NCBI GenBank assembly: GCA_964016885.1
Contig: OZ024745.1
Span: 6,386,001-6,450,000, forward strand
DNA from: Eledone cirrhosa
Lineage: Eukaryota
DNA length: 64,000 bases
Direction of reading: 5' to 3'
Part shown: positions 1 through 15,080 of the stretch, piece after piece
Numbering within the stretch: position 1 is the first letter of the stretch
How the letters are laid out: every line of letters begins with the position of its first letter
Position numbers and translations under genes: made by a program
The notes under the pieces: model-generated
What the model was told of the DNA's origin: nothing
The model's database searches: none
What the model saw: the letters and a program-made list of their open reading frames with translations, nothing else

Positions 1-3000
1 ATTATATTACTGTCAGATATAGTGTGATAATACTGTCTGATATAGTATTATAATACTGTCAGATATAGTATTATAATACTGTCAGATATAGTATTATATT
101 ACTGTCAGATATAGTGTGATAATACTGTCTGATATAGTATTATAATACTGTCAGATATTGTATTATATTACTGTCAGATATAGTATTATAATACTTCTCA
201 GATATAGTATTATATTACTGTTAGATATAGTATTGTAATACTGTCAGATATTGTATTATATTACTGTCAGATATAGTATTATAATATTTCTCAGATATAG
301 TATTATATTACTGTCAGATATAGTATTATAATACTGTCTAACCGTATTATATTACTGTCAGATATAGTATTATATTACTGTCAGATATAGTGTTATAATA
401 CTGTCTGATATAGTATTATAATACTGTCAGTTATAGTATTATATTACTGTCAGATATAGTATTATATTACTGTCAGATATAGTATTATAATACTGTCAGA
501 TATAGTATTATAATACTGTCAGATATAGTATTATAATACTGTCAGATATAGTATTATATTACTGTCAGATATAGTATTATAATACTGTCTGATATTGTAT
601 TATATCACTGTCAGATATAGTATTATAATACTCTCAGTTATAGTATTATATTACTGTCAGATATAGTATTATATTACTGTCAGATATAGTATTATATTAC
701 TGTCAGATATAGTATTAATTTACTGTCAGATATAGTATTATAATACTGTCAGATATTGTATTATATCACTGTCAGATATAGTATTATATTACTGTCTGAT
801 ATATTATTATATCACTGTCAGATGAAGTATTATAATGATGTCAGATATAGTATTATAATACTGTCAGATATAGTATTATAATACTGTCAGATATGTTATT
901 ATAATACTGTAAGATATAGTATTATATTACTGTCAGATTCAGTATTATAATACTGTCAGATATAGTATTATAATACTGTCAGATATAGTATTATAATACT
1001 GTCAGATATAGTATTATATTACTGTTAGATATAGTATTATAATACTGTCAGATATAATGTTATAATACTGTCAGATATAGTATTATAATACTGTCAGATA
1101 TAGTATTATATTACTGTCAGATATATTATTATATTACTGACAGATATAGTATTGTATTGCTGTCAGATATAGAATTATAATACTGTCAGATATAATTTTA
1201 TAATACTGTCAGATATAGTATTATAATACTGTCAGATATAGTATTATATTATTGTCAGATATAGTATTATAATACTGTCTGATATAGTATTATAATATTG
1301 TCAGATATAGTATTATATTACTGTCAGATATAGTATTATAATACTGTCTGATATTGTATTATATTACTGTTTGATATAGTATTATATTTCTGTCTGATAT
1401 AGTATTATATTACTGTCAGATATAGTATTATAATACTGTCAGATATAGTATTATAATACTGTCAGATATAGTATTATATTACTCTTAGATATAGTATTAT
1501 ATTACTGTCAGATATAGTATTATATTACTGTCAGATATAGTATTATAATACTGTCAGATATAGTATTATAATACTGTCAGATATAGTATTATAATACTGT
1601 CAGATATAGTATTATATTACTGTCAGATATTGTATTATATTACTGTCAGCTATAGTATTATAATACTGTCTGACAGTACTATATTACTGTCAGATAAAGT
1701 ATTATATTACTGTCAGATATAGTGTTATAATACCGTAAGATATAGTATTATATTACTGTCAGATATAGTGTGATAATACTGTCTGATATAGTATTATAAT
1801 ACTGTCAGATATAGTATTATAATACTGTCAGATATAGTATTGTATTACTGTCAGATATAGTGTGATAATACTGTCTGTTATAGTATTATAATACTGTCAG
1901 ATATTGTATTATATTACTGTCAGATATAGTATTATAATACTTCTCAGATATAGTATTATATTACTGTTAGATATAGTTTTATAATACTGTCAGATATTGT
2001 ATTATATTACTGTCAGATATAGTATTATAATATTTCTCAGATATAGTATTATATTACTGTCAGATATAGTATTATAATACTGTCTAACCGTATTATATTA
2101 CTGTCAGATATAGTATTATATTACTGTCAGATATAGTGTTATAATACTGTCTGATATAGTATTATAATACTGTCAGTTATAGTATTATATTACTGTCAGA
2201 TATAGTATTATATTACTGTCAGATATAGTATTATAATACTGTCAGATATAGTATTATAATACTGTCAGATATAGTATTATAATACTGTCAGATATAGTAT
2301 TATATTACTGTCAGATATAGTATTATAATACTGTCTGATATTGTATTATATCACTGTCAGATATAGTATTATAATACTCTCAGTTATAGTATTATATTAC
2401 TGTCAGATATAGTATTATATTACTGTCAGATATAGTATTATATTACTGTCAGATATAGTATTAATTTACTGTCAGATATAGTATTATAATACTGTCAGAT
2501 ATTGTATTATATCACTGTCAGATATAGTATTATATTACTGTCAGATGAAGTATTATAATGATGTCAGATATAGTATTATAATACTGTCAGATATAGTATT
2601 ATAATACTGTCAGATATGTTATTATAATACTGTAAGATATAGTATTATATTACTGTCAGATTCAGTATTATAATACTGTCAGATATAGTATTATATTACT
2701 GTCAGATATATTATTATATTACTGACAGATATAGTATTGTATTGCTGTCAGATATAGAATTATAATACTGTCAGATATAATTTTATAATACTGTCAGATA
2801 TAGTATTATAATACTGTCAGATATAGTATTATATTATTGTCAGATATAGTATTATAATACTGTCTGATATAGTATTATAATATTGTCAGATATAGTATTA
2901 TATTACTGTCAGATATAGTATTATATTACCGTCAGATATAGTATTATAATACTGTCAGATATAATATTATAACACTGTCAGATATAGAATTATAATACTG

Positions 3001-6000
3001 TCTGATATAGTATTATATTATTGTCAGATATAGTATTATATTACTGTCAGATAAAGTATTATATTACTGTTAGATATAGTATTATAATACTGTCAGATAT
3101 AGTATTATATTATTGTCAGATATAGTATTATATTACTGTCTGATATAGTATTAAAATACTGTCAGATACAGTATTATATTACTGTCAGATATAGTATTAT
3201 AATACTGTCTGATATTGTATTATATTACTGTTTGATATAGTATTATATTTCTGTCTGATATAGTATTATATTACTGTCAGATATAGTATTATAATACTGT
3301 CAGATATAGTATTATAATACTGTCAGATATAGTATTATATTACTCTTAGATATAGTATTATATTACTGTCAGATATAGTATTATATTACTGTCAGATATA
3401 GTATTATAATACTGTCAGATATAGTATTATAATACTGTCAGATATAGTATTATAATACTGTCAGATATAGTATTATATTACTGTCAGATATTGTATTATA
3501 TTACTGTCAGCTATAGTATTATAATACTGTCTGACAGTACTATATTACTGTCAGATAAAGTATTATATTACTGTCAGATATAGTGTTATAATACCGTAAG
3601 ATATAGTATTATATTACTGTCAGATATAGTGTGATAATACTGTCTGATATAGTATTATAATACTGTCAGATATAGTATTATAATACTGTCAGATATAGTA
3701 TTATATCACTGTCAGATATAGTATTATAATACTGTCAGATATTGTATTATATCACTGTCAGATATTGTATTATAGTACTGTCAGATATAGTATTATAATA
3801 TTCCTGATACTGTATAATATCACTGTCAGATATAGTATTATAATACTCTCAGATATATTATTATATTACTGTCAGATATAGTATTATAATACTATCAGAT
3901 ATAATATTATAATACTGTCAGATATAGAATTATATTACTGTCAGATATAGTATTATATTATTGTCAGATATAGTATTATAATACTGTCAGATATAGTATT
4001 ATATTACTGTTAGATATAGTATTATAATACTGTCAGATATAATGTTATAATACTGTCAGATATATTATTATATTACTGTCAGATATAGTATTATAATGCT
4101 ATCAGATATAGTATTATATTACTGTCAGATATAGCATTATATTACTGTCAGATATAGTATTATAATGCTGTCAGATAGAGTATTACAATACTGTCTGACA
4201 GTATTATATTCCTGTCAGATATAGTATTATATTACTGTTAGATATAGTGTTATAATACTGTCAGATATAGTATTATAATACTGTCAGATATAGTATTATA
4301 GTACTGTCAGATATAGTAATATATTATGTCAGATATAGTATTATATTACTGTCAGATATAGTATTATATTACTGTCTGATATAGTATTATAATACTGTCA
4401 GATATAGTATTATATTACTGTCAGATATAGTATTATATTACTGTCTGATACAGTATTATAATACCGTCAGATATAGTATTATATTACTGTCTGACAGTAT
4501 TATATTATTGTCAGATATAGTATTATATTACTGTCAGATATAGTGTTATAATACTGTCAGATACAGTATTATATTACTGTCAGATATAGTATTATAATAC
4601 TGTCTGATATTGTATTATATTACTGTTTGATATAGTATTATATTTCTGTCTGATATAGTATTATATTACTGTCAGATATAGTATTATAATACTGTCAGAT
4701 ATAGTATTATAATACTGTCAGATATAGTATTATATTACTTTTAGATATAGTATTATATTACTGTCAGATACAGTATTATATTACTGTCAGATATAGTATT
4801 ATAATACTGTCAGATATAGTATTATAATACTGTCAGATATAGTATTATAATACTGTCAGATATAGTATTATATTACTGTCAGATATTGTATTATATTACT
4901 GTCAGCTATAGTATTATAATACTGTCTGACAGTACTATATTACTGTCAGATAAAGTATTATATTACTGTCAGATATAGTGTTATAATACTGTAAGATATA
5001 GTATTATATTACTGTCAGATATAGTGTGATAATACTGTCTGATATAGTATTATAATACTGTCAGATATAGTATTATAATACTGTCAGATATAGTATTATA
5101 TTACTGTCAGATATAGTGTGATAATACTGTCTGATATAGTATTATAAGACTGTCAGATATTGTATTATATTACTGTCAGATATAGTATTATAATACTTCT
5201 CAGATATAGTATTATATTACTGTTAGATATAGTATTATAATACTGTCAGATATTGTATTATATTACTGTCAGATATAGTATTATAATATTTCTCAGATAT
5301 AGTATTATATTACTGTCAGATATAGTATTATAATACTGTCTAACCGTATTATATTACTGTCAGATATAGTATTATATTACTGTCAGATATAGTGTTATAA
5401 TACTGTCTGATATAGTATTATAATACTGTCAGTTATAGTATTATATTACTGTCAGATATAGTATTATATTACTGTTAGATATAGTATTATAATACTGTCA
5501 GATATTGTATTATATTACTGTCAGATATAGTATTATAATATTTCTCAGATATAGTATTATATTACTGTCAGATATAGTATTATAATACTGTCTAACCGTA
5601 TTATATTACTGTCAGATATAGTATTATATTACTGTCAGATATAGTGTTATAATACTGTCTGATATAGTATTATAATACTGTCAGTTATAGTATTATATTA
5701 CTGTCAGATATAGTATTATATTACTGTCAGATATAGTATTATAATACTGTCAGATATAGTATTATAATACTGTCAGATATAGTATTATAATACTGGCAGA
5801 TATAGTATTATATTACTGTCAGATATAGTATTATAATACTGTCTGATATTGTATTATATCACTGTCAGATATAGTATTATAATACTCTCAGTTATAGTAT
5901 TATATTACTGTCAGATATAGTATTATATTACTGTCAGATATAGTATTATATTACTGTCAGATATATTATTAATTTACTGTCAGATATAGTATTATAATAC

Positions 6001-7613
6001 TGTCAGATATTGTATTATATCACTGTCAGATATAGTATTATTTACTGTCTGATATAGTATTATATCACTGTCAGATGAAGTATTATAATGATGTCAGATA
6101 TAGTATTATAATACTGTCAGATATAGTATTATAATACTGTCAGATATGTTATTATAATACTGTAAGATATAGTATTATATTACTGTCAGATTCAGTATTA
6201 TAATACTGTCAGATATAGTATTATAATACTGTCAGATATAGTATTATAATACTGTCAGATATAGTATTATATTACTGTTAGATATAGTATTATAATACTG
6301 TCAGATATAATGTTATAATACTGTCAGATATAGTATTATAATACTGTCAGATATAGTATTATATTACTGTCAGATATATTATTATATTACTGACAGATAT
6401 AGTATTGTATTGCTGTCAGATATAGAATTATAATACTGTCAGATATAATTTTATAATACTGTCAGATATAGTATTATAATACTGTCAGATATAGTATTAT
6501 ATTATTGTCAGATATAGTATTATAATACTGTCTGATATAGTATTATAATATTGTCAGATATAGTATTATATTACTGTCAGATATAGTATTATATTACCGT
6601 CAGATATAGTATTATAATACTGTCAGATATAATATTATAACACTGTCAGATATAGAATTATAATACTGTCTGATATAGTATTATATTATTGTCAGATATA
6701 GTATTATATTACTGTCAGATAAAGTATTATATTACTGTTAGATATAGTATTATAATACTGTCAGATATAGTATTATATTATTGTCAGATATAGTATTATA
6801 TTACTGTCTGATATAGTATTAAAATACTGTCAGATACAGTATTATATTACTGTCAGATATAGTATTATAATACTGTCTGATATTGTATTATATTACTGTT
6901 TGATATAGTATTATATTTCTGTCTGATATAGTATTATATTACTGTCAGATATAGTATTATAATACTGTCAGATATAGTATTATAATACTGTCAGATATAG
7001 TATTATATTACTCTTAGATATAGTATTATATTACTGTCAGATATAGTATTATATTACTGTCAGATATAGTATTATAATACTGTCAGATATAGTATTATAA
7101 TACTGTCAGATATAGTATTATAATACTGTCAGATATAGTATTATATTACTGTCAGATATTGTATTATATTACTGTCAGCTATAGTATTATAATACTGTCT
7201 GACAGTACTATATTACTGTCAGATAAAGTATTATATTACTGTCAGATATAGTGTTATAATACCGTAAGATATAGTATTATATTACTGTCAGATATAGTGT
7301 GATAATACTGTCTGATATAGTATTATAATACTGTCAGATATAGTATTATAATACTGTCAGATATAGTATTATATTACTGTCAGATATAGTGTGATAATAC
7401 TGTCTGATATAGTATTATAATACTGTCAGATATTGTATTATATTACTGTCAGATATAGTATTATAATACTTCTCAGATATAGTATTATATTACTGTTAGA
7501 TATAGTTTTATAATTGTTTCTACTTTTGGCACAAGGCCAGTAATTACCCAGTGCATTACTGGTACTTTATTTTATCGACCCCGTAAGGATGAAAGGCAAA
7601 GTTAACCTCGGCG

Positions 7614-7624
7614 GGATTTGAACT
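7614..7624 (-). promoter_or_regulatory. RNA polymerase III B-box of SINE copy 1 (AGTTCAAATCC)
   Basis: Matches the B-box consensus GTTCRANNC. Also intact in copy 4; mutated to ACTTCAAATCC in copies 2 and 3. Confidence 0.75.
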
Positions 7625-7676
7625 CAGAATGGCAAGGGCCGTAACTATGCGTCAAAGCATGGCGTCCGACTCTCTA

Positions 7677-7688
7677 CCGATACTGCCA
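7677..7688 (-). promoter_or_regulatory. RNA polymerase III internal promoter A-box-like element of SINE copy 1 (TGGCAGTATCGG)
   Basis: Resembles the tRNA A-box consensus TRGCNNARYNNG and lies near the element's 5' end, about 52 nt upstream of the B-box. Confidence 0.6.
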
Positions 7689-10600
7689 AATACTGTCAGA
7701 TATTGTATTATATTACTGTCAGATATAGTATTATAATATTTCTCAGATATAGTATTATATTACTGTCAGATATAGTAATATAATACTGTCTAACCGTATT
7801 ATATTACTGTCAGATATAGTATTATATTACTGTCAGATATAGTGTTATAATACTGTCTGATATAGTATTATAATACTGTCAGTTATAGTATTATATTACT
7901 GTCACATATAGTATTATATTACTGTCAGATATAGTATTATAATACTGTCAGATATAGTATTATAATACTGTCAGATATAGTATTATAATACTGTCAGATA
8001 TAGTATTATATTACTGTCAGATATAGTATTATAATACTGTCTGATATTGTATTATATCACTGTCAGATATAGTATTATAATACTCTCAGTTATAGTATTA
8101 TATTACTGTCAGATATAGTATTATATTACTGTCAGATATAGTATTATATTACTGTCAGATATAGTATTAATTTACTGTCAGATATAGTATTATAATACTG
8201 TCAGATATTGTATTATATCACTGTCAGATATAGTATTATATTACTGTCAGATGAAGTATTATAATGATGTCAGATATAGTATTATAATACTGTCAGATAT
8301 AGTATTATAATACTGTCAGATATGTTATTATAATACTGTAAGATATAGTATTATATTACTGTCAGATTCAGTATTATAATACTGTCAGATATAGTATTAT
8401 ATTACTGTCAGATATATTATTATATTACTGACAGATATAGTATTGTATTGCTGTCAGATATAGAATTATAATACTGTCAGATATAATTTTATAATACTGT
8501 CAGATATAGTATTATAATACTGTCAGATATAGTATTATATTATTGTCAGATATAGTATTATAATACTGTCTGATATAGTATTATAATATTGTCAGATATA
8601 GTATTATATTACTGTCAGATATAGTATTATATTACCGTCAGATATAGTATTATAATACTGTCAGATATAATATTATAACACTGTCAGATATAGAATTATA
8701 ATACTGTCTGATATAGTATTATATTATTGTCAGATATAGTATTATATTACTGTCAGATAAAGTATTATATTACTGTTAGATATAGTATTATAATACTGTC
8801 AGATATAGTATTATATTATTGTCAGATATAGTATTATATTACTGTCTGATATAGTATTATATTACTGTTTGATATAGTATTATATTTCTGTCTGATATAG
8901 TATTATATTACTGTCAGATATAGTATTATAATACTGTCAGATATAGTATTATAATACTGTCAGATATAGTATTATATTACTCTTAGATATAGTATTATAT
9001 TTCTGTCAGATATAGTATTATATTACTGTCAGATATAGTATTATAATACTGTCAGATATAGTATTATAATACTGTCAGATATAGTATTATAATACTGTCA
9101 GATATAGTATTATATTACTGTCAGATATTGTATTATATTACTGTCAGCTATAGTATTATAATACTGTCTGACAGTACTATATTACTGTCAGATAAAGTAT
9201 TATATTACTGTCAGATATAGTGTTATAATACCGTAAGATATAGTATTATATTACTGTCAGATATAGTGTGATAATACTGTCTGATATAGTATTATAATAC
9301 TGTCAGATATAGTATTATAATACTGTCAGATATAGTATTATATCACTGTCAGATATAGTATTATAATACTGTCAGATATTGTATTATATCACTGTCAGAT
9401 ATTGTATTATAGTACTGTCAGATATAGTATTATAATATTCCTGATACTGTATAATATCACTGTCAGATATAGTATTATAATACTCTCAGATATATTATTA
9501 TATTACTGTCAGATATAGTATTATAATACTATCAGATATAATATTATAATACTGTCAGATATAGAATTATATTACTGTCAGATATAGTATTATATTATTG
9601 TCAGATATAGTATTATAATACTGTCAGATATAGTATTATATTACTGTTAGATATAGTATTATAATACTGTCAGATATAATGTTATAATACTGTCAGATAT
9701 ATTATTATATTACTCTCAGATATAGTATTATAATGCTATCAGATATAGTATTATATTACTGTCAGATATAGCATTATATTACTGTCAGATATAGTATTAT
9801 AATGCTGTCAGATAGAGTATTACAATACTGTCTGACAGTATTATATTCCTGTCAGATATAGTATTATATTACTGTTAGATATAGTGTTATAATACTGTCA
9901 GATATAGTATTATAATACTGTCAGATATAGTATTATAGTACTGTCATATATAGTAATATATTATGTCAGATATAGTATTATATTACTGTCAGATATAGTA
10001 TTATATTACTGTCTGATATAGTATTATAATACTGTCAGATATAGTATTATATTACTGTCAGATATAGTATTATATTACTGTCTGATACAGTATTATAATA
10101 CCGTCAGATATAGTATTATATTACTGTCTGACAGTATTATATTATTGTCAGATATAGTATTATATTACTGTCAGATATAGTGTTATAATACTGTCAGATA
10201 CAGTATTATATTACTGTCAGATATAGTATTATAATACTGTCTGATATTGTATTATATTACTGTTTGATATAGTATTATATTTCTGTCTGATATAGTATTA
10301 TATTACTGTCAGATATAGTATTATAATACTGTCAGATATAGTATTATAATACTGTCAGATATAGTATTATATTACTTTTAGATATAGTATTATATTACTG
10401 TCAGATACAGTATTATATTACTGTCAGATATAGTATTATAATACTGTCAGATATAGTATTATAATACTGTCAGATATAGTATTATAATACTGTCAGATAT
10501 AGTATTATATTACTGTCAGATATTGTATTATATTACTGTCAGCTATAGTATTATAATACTGTCTGACAGTACTATATTACTGTCAGATAAAGTATTATAT

Positions 10601-13600
10601 TACTGTCAGATATAGTGTTATAATACTGTAAGATATAGTATTATATTACTGTCAGAGATAGTGTGATAATACTGTCTGATATAGTATTATAATACTGTCA
10701 GATATAGTATTATAATACTGTCAGATATAGTATTATATTACTGTCAGATATAGTGTGATAATACTGTCTGATATAGTATTATAAGACTGTCAGATATTGT
10801 ATTATATTACTGTCAGATATAGTATTATAATACTTCTCAGATATAGTATTATATTACTGTTAGATATAGTATTATAATACTGTCAGATATTGTATTATAT
10901 TACTGTCAGATATAGTATTATAATATTTCTCAGATATAATATTATATTACTGTCAGATATAGTATTATAATACTGTCTAACCGTATTATATTACTGTCAG
11001 ATATAGTATTATATTACTGTCAGATATAGTGTTATAATACTGTCTGATATAGTATTATAATACTGTCAGTTATAGTATTATATTACTGTCAGATATAGTA
11101 TTATATTACTGTCAGATATAGTATTATAATACTGTCAGATATAGTATTATAATACTGTCAGATATAGTATTATAATACTGTCAGATATAGTATTATATTA
11201 CTGTCAGATATAGTATTATAATACTGTCTGATATTGTATTATATCACTGTCAGATATAGTATTATAATACTCTCAGTTATAGTATTATATTACTGTCAGA
11301 TATAGTATTATATTACTGTCAGATATAGTATTATATTACTGTCAGATATAGTATTAATTTACTGTCAGATATAGTATTATAATACTGTCTGATATTGTAT
11401 TATATCACTGTCAGATATAGTATTATATTACTGTCTGATATAGTATTATATCACTGTCAGATGAAGTATTATAATACTGTCAGATATAGTATTATATTAC
11501 TGTTAGATATAGTATTATAATACTGTCAGATATAATGTTATAATACTGTCAGATATAGTATTATAATACTGTCAGATATAGTATTATATTACTGTCAGAT
11601 ATATTATTATATTACTGACAGATATAGTATTGTATTGCTGTCAGATATAGAATTATAATACTGTCAGATATAATTTTATAATACTGTCAGATATAGTATT
11701 ATAATATTTCTCAGATATAGTATTATATTACTGTCAGATATAGTATTATAATACTGTCTAACCGTATTATATTACTGTCAGATATAGTATTATATTACTG
11801 TCAGATATAGTATTATAATACTGTCAGATATAGTATCATAATACTGTCAGATATGTTATTATAATACTGTAAGATGTAGTATTATATTACTGTCAGATAT
11901 AGTATTATAATACTGTCAGATATAGTATTATAATACTGTCGGATATAGTATTATAATACTGTCAGATATAGTATTATATTACTGTTAGATATAGTATTAT
12001 AATACTGTCAGATATAATGTTATAATACTGTCAGATATAGTATTATAATACTGTCAGATATAGTATTATATTACTGTCAGATATATTATTATATTACTGA
12101 CAGATATAGTATTGTATTGCTGTCAGATATAGAATTATAATACTGTCAGATATAATTTTATAATACTGTCAGATATAGTATTATAATACTGTCAGATATA
12201 GTATTATATTATTGTCAGATATAGTATTATAATACTGTCTGATATAGTATTATAATATTGTCAGATATAGTATTATATTACTGTCAGATATAGTATTATA
12301 TTACCGTCAGATATAGTATTATAATACTGTCAGATATAATATTATAACACTGTCAGATATAGAATTATAATACTGTCTGATATAGTATTATATTATTGTC
12401 AGATATAGTATTATATTACTGTCAGATAAAGTATTATATTACTGTTAGATATAGTATTATAATACTGTCAGATATAGTATTATACTATTGTCAGATATAG
12501 TATTATATTACTGTCTGATATAGTATAAAAATACTGTCAGATACAGTATTATATTACTGTCAGATATAGTATTATAATACTGTCTGATATTGTATTATAT
12601 TACTGTTTGATATAGTATTATATTTCTGTCTGATATAGTATTATATTACTGTCAGATATAGTATTATAATACTGTCAGATATAGTATTATAATACTGTCA
12701 GATATAGTATTATATAACTCTTAGATATAGTATTATATTACTGTCAGATATAGTATTATATTACTGTCAGATATAGTATTATAATACTGTCAGATATAGT
12801 ATTATAATACTGTCAGATATAGTATTATAATACTGTCAGATATAGTATTATATTACTGTCAGATATTGTATTATATTACTGTCAGCTATAGTATTATAAT
12901 ACTGTCTGACAGTACTATATTACTGTCAGATAAAGTATTATATTACTGTCAGATATAGTGTTATAATACCGTAAGATATAGTATTATATTACTGTCAGAT
13001 ATAGTGTGATAATACTGTCTGATATAGTATTATAATACTGTCAGATATAGTATTATAATACTGTCAGATATAGTATTATATCACTGTCAGATATAGTATT
13101 ATAATACTGTCAGATATTGTATTATATCACTGTCAGATATTGTATTATAGTACTGTCAGATATAGTATTATAATATTTCTGATACTGTATTATATCACTG
13201 TCAGATATAGTATTATAATACTATCAGATATAATATTATAATACTGTCAGATATAGAATTATATTACTGTCAGATATAGTATTATATTATTGTCAGATAT
13301 AGTATTATAATACTGTCAGATATAGTATTATATTACTGTTAGATATAGTATTATAATACTGTCAGATATAATGTTATAATACTGTCAGATATATTATTAT
13401 ATTACTGTCAGATATAGTATTATAATGCTATCAGATATAGTATTATATTACTGTCAGATATAGTATTATATTACTGTCAGATATAGTATTATAATACTGT
13501 CAGATAGAGTATTACAATACTGTCTGACAGTATTATATTCCTGTCAGATATAGTATTATATTACTGTTAGATATAGTGTTATAATACTGTCAGATATAGT

Positions 13601-14893
13601 ATTATAATACTGTCAGATATAGTATTATAGTACTGTCAGATATAGTAATATATTATGTCAGATATAGTATTATATTACTGTCAGATATAGTATTATATTA
13701 CTGTCTGATATAGTATTATAATACTGTCAGATATAGTATTATATTACTGTCAGATATAGTATTATATTACTGTCTGATACAGTATTATAATACCGTCAGA
13801 TATAGTATTATATTACTGTCTGACAGTATTATATTATTGTCAGATATAGTATTATATTACTGTCAGATATAGTGTTATAATACTGTATGATAGAGTATTA
13901 TAATATTGTCAGATATTGTATTATATTTCTGTCAGATATAGTATTATAATACTTCTCAGATATAGTATTATAATACTTCTCAGATATAGTATTATATTAC
14001 TGTCAGATATAGTATTATAATACTGTCTGACAGTATTATATTACTGTCAGATATAGTATTATATTACTGTCAGATATAGTATTATAATACTGTCAGATAT
14101 AGTGTTATAATACTGTCAGATATAGTATTATAATACTGTCTGATATACTATTATATTACTGTTAGACATAGTATTATAATACTGTCAGATATAGTATTAT
14201 AATACTGTCTGAGATAGTATTATATTACTGTCAGATATAGTATTATATTACTGTCAGATATAATATTATATTACTGTCTGATATAGTATTATAATACTGT
14301 ATGATAGAGTATTATATTATTGTCAGATATAGTATTATAATACTCTCAGACATAGTATTATATTACTGTTAGATATAGTATTATAATACTGTCTGATATA
14401 GTATTATAATACTGTCAGATATAGTATTATATTACTGTTAGATATAGTATTATATTTCTGTCTGATATCGTATTATATTACTGTAAGATATAGTATTATA
14501 ATACTGTCAGATATAGTATTATATTACTGTTAGATATAGTATTATATTACTGTCAGATATAGTATTATATTACTGTCAGATATAGTATTGTATTACTGTC
14601 AGATATAGTATTATAATACTGTCAGATATAGTATTATAATACTGTCAGATATAGTATTATATTACTGTCAGATATAGTATTATATTACTGTCAGATATAA
14701 TATTATAATACTGTCAGATATAGTATTATAATACTGTCAGTTATAGTATTATAACACTGTCATATATAGTATTATAATACTGTTAGATATAGTATTATAA
14801 TACTGACAGATATATTATTATAATACTGTCAGATATAGTATTATATTACTGTCAGATATAGTATTATATTACTGTCAGATCTAGTATTATAAT

Positions 14894-15080
14894 TGTTTCT
14901 ACTTTTGGCACAAGACCAGCAATTACCCAGTACACTACTGGTACTTTATTTTATCGACCCCGTAAGGATGAAAGGCAAAGTTAACCTCGACGGGATTTGA
15001 AGTCAAACCGTAAAGGGACGTAACTATGCTAGAAAGCATGGCGTCCAACCCTCTACTGATACTGCCAATTCACCGCCCTC
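14894..15080 (-). mobile_element. tRNA-derived SINE, copy 2 (apparently full length, 187 bp, 11-bp TSD AGTATTATAAT)
   Basis: Direct repeats AGTATTATAAT at 14883-14893 and 15081-15091. Minus strand starts GAGGGCGGTGAATTGGCAGTATCAG. Empty site GATCTAGTATTATAAT^ACTGTCTGATATTGTATCATATCAC at about 25374-25414, 27180 and 30549. Confidence 0.92.

Larger units (their letters stand above)
7515..7688 (-). mobile_element. tRNA-derived SINE, copy 1 (about 12 nt 5'-truncated; 2-3 bp target duplication AAT)
   Basis: GC-richer island. Minus strand has A-box-like TGGCAGTATCGG, B-box GTTCAAATCC, central GCCTTTCATCCTTACGGGGTCGATAAAATAAAGTACCAG and 3' end GGCCTTGTGCCAAAAGTAGAAACA. Empty paralogous site AGTTTTATAAT^ACTGTCAGATATTG at about 1975-1999. 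Confidence 0.9.
1750..11100. repeat. About 5.5-5.7 kb higher-order duplication within the satellite (about 1750-5450 vs about 7280-11100)
   Basis: Private variants recur in order: AGTTTTATAAT 1975/7504; ATATTCCTGATACTGTATAATATCAC about 3800/9437 (offset 5637); TAGCATT, AATGCTGTC, ATAAGACTG about 5144/10781. Boundaries approximate. Confidence 0.8.

Noticed and set aside
7515-7688. MITE or DNA transposon, or hammerhead-ribozyme retrozyme
   Set aside because: There are no terminal inverted repeats, and variable TSD lengths with 5' truncation fit target-primed retrotransposition. GATGAAAG is present but there is no CTGANGA...GAAA hammerhead core.
14927-14941. Short hairpin CCAGTA-CAC-TACTGG in the SINE 3' half as a LINE recognition stem
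   Set aside because: It is only 6 bp, and copies 1 and 4 carry uncompensated mismatches, so support is insufficient.
14990-15080. Possible functional tRNA gene
   Set aside because: A/B-box-like motifs are present, but I could not form a convincing cloverleaf. The region is fused to a SINE body and flanked by TSDs.
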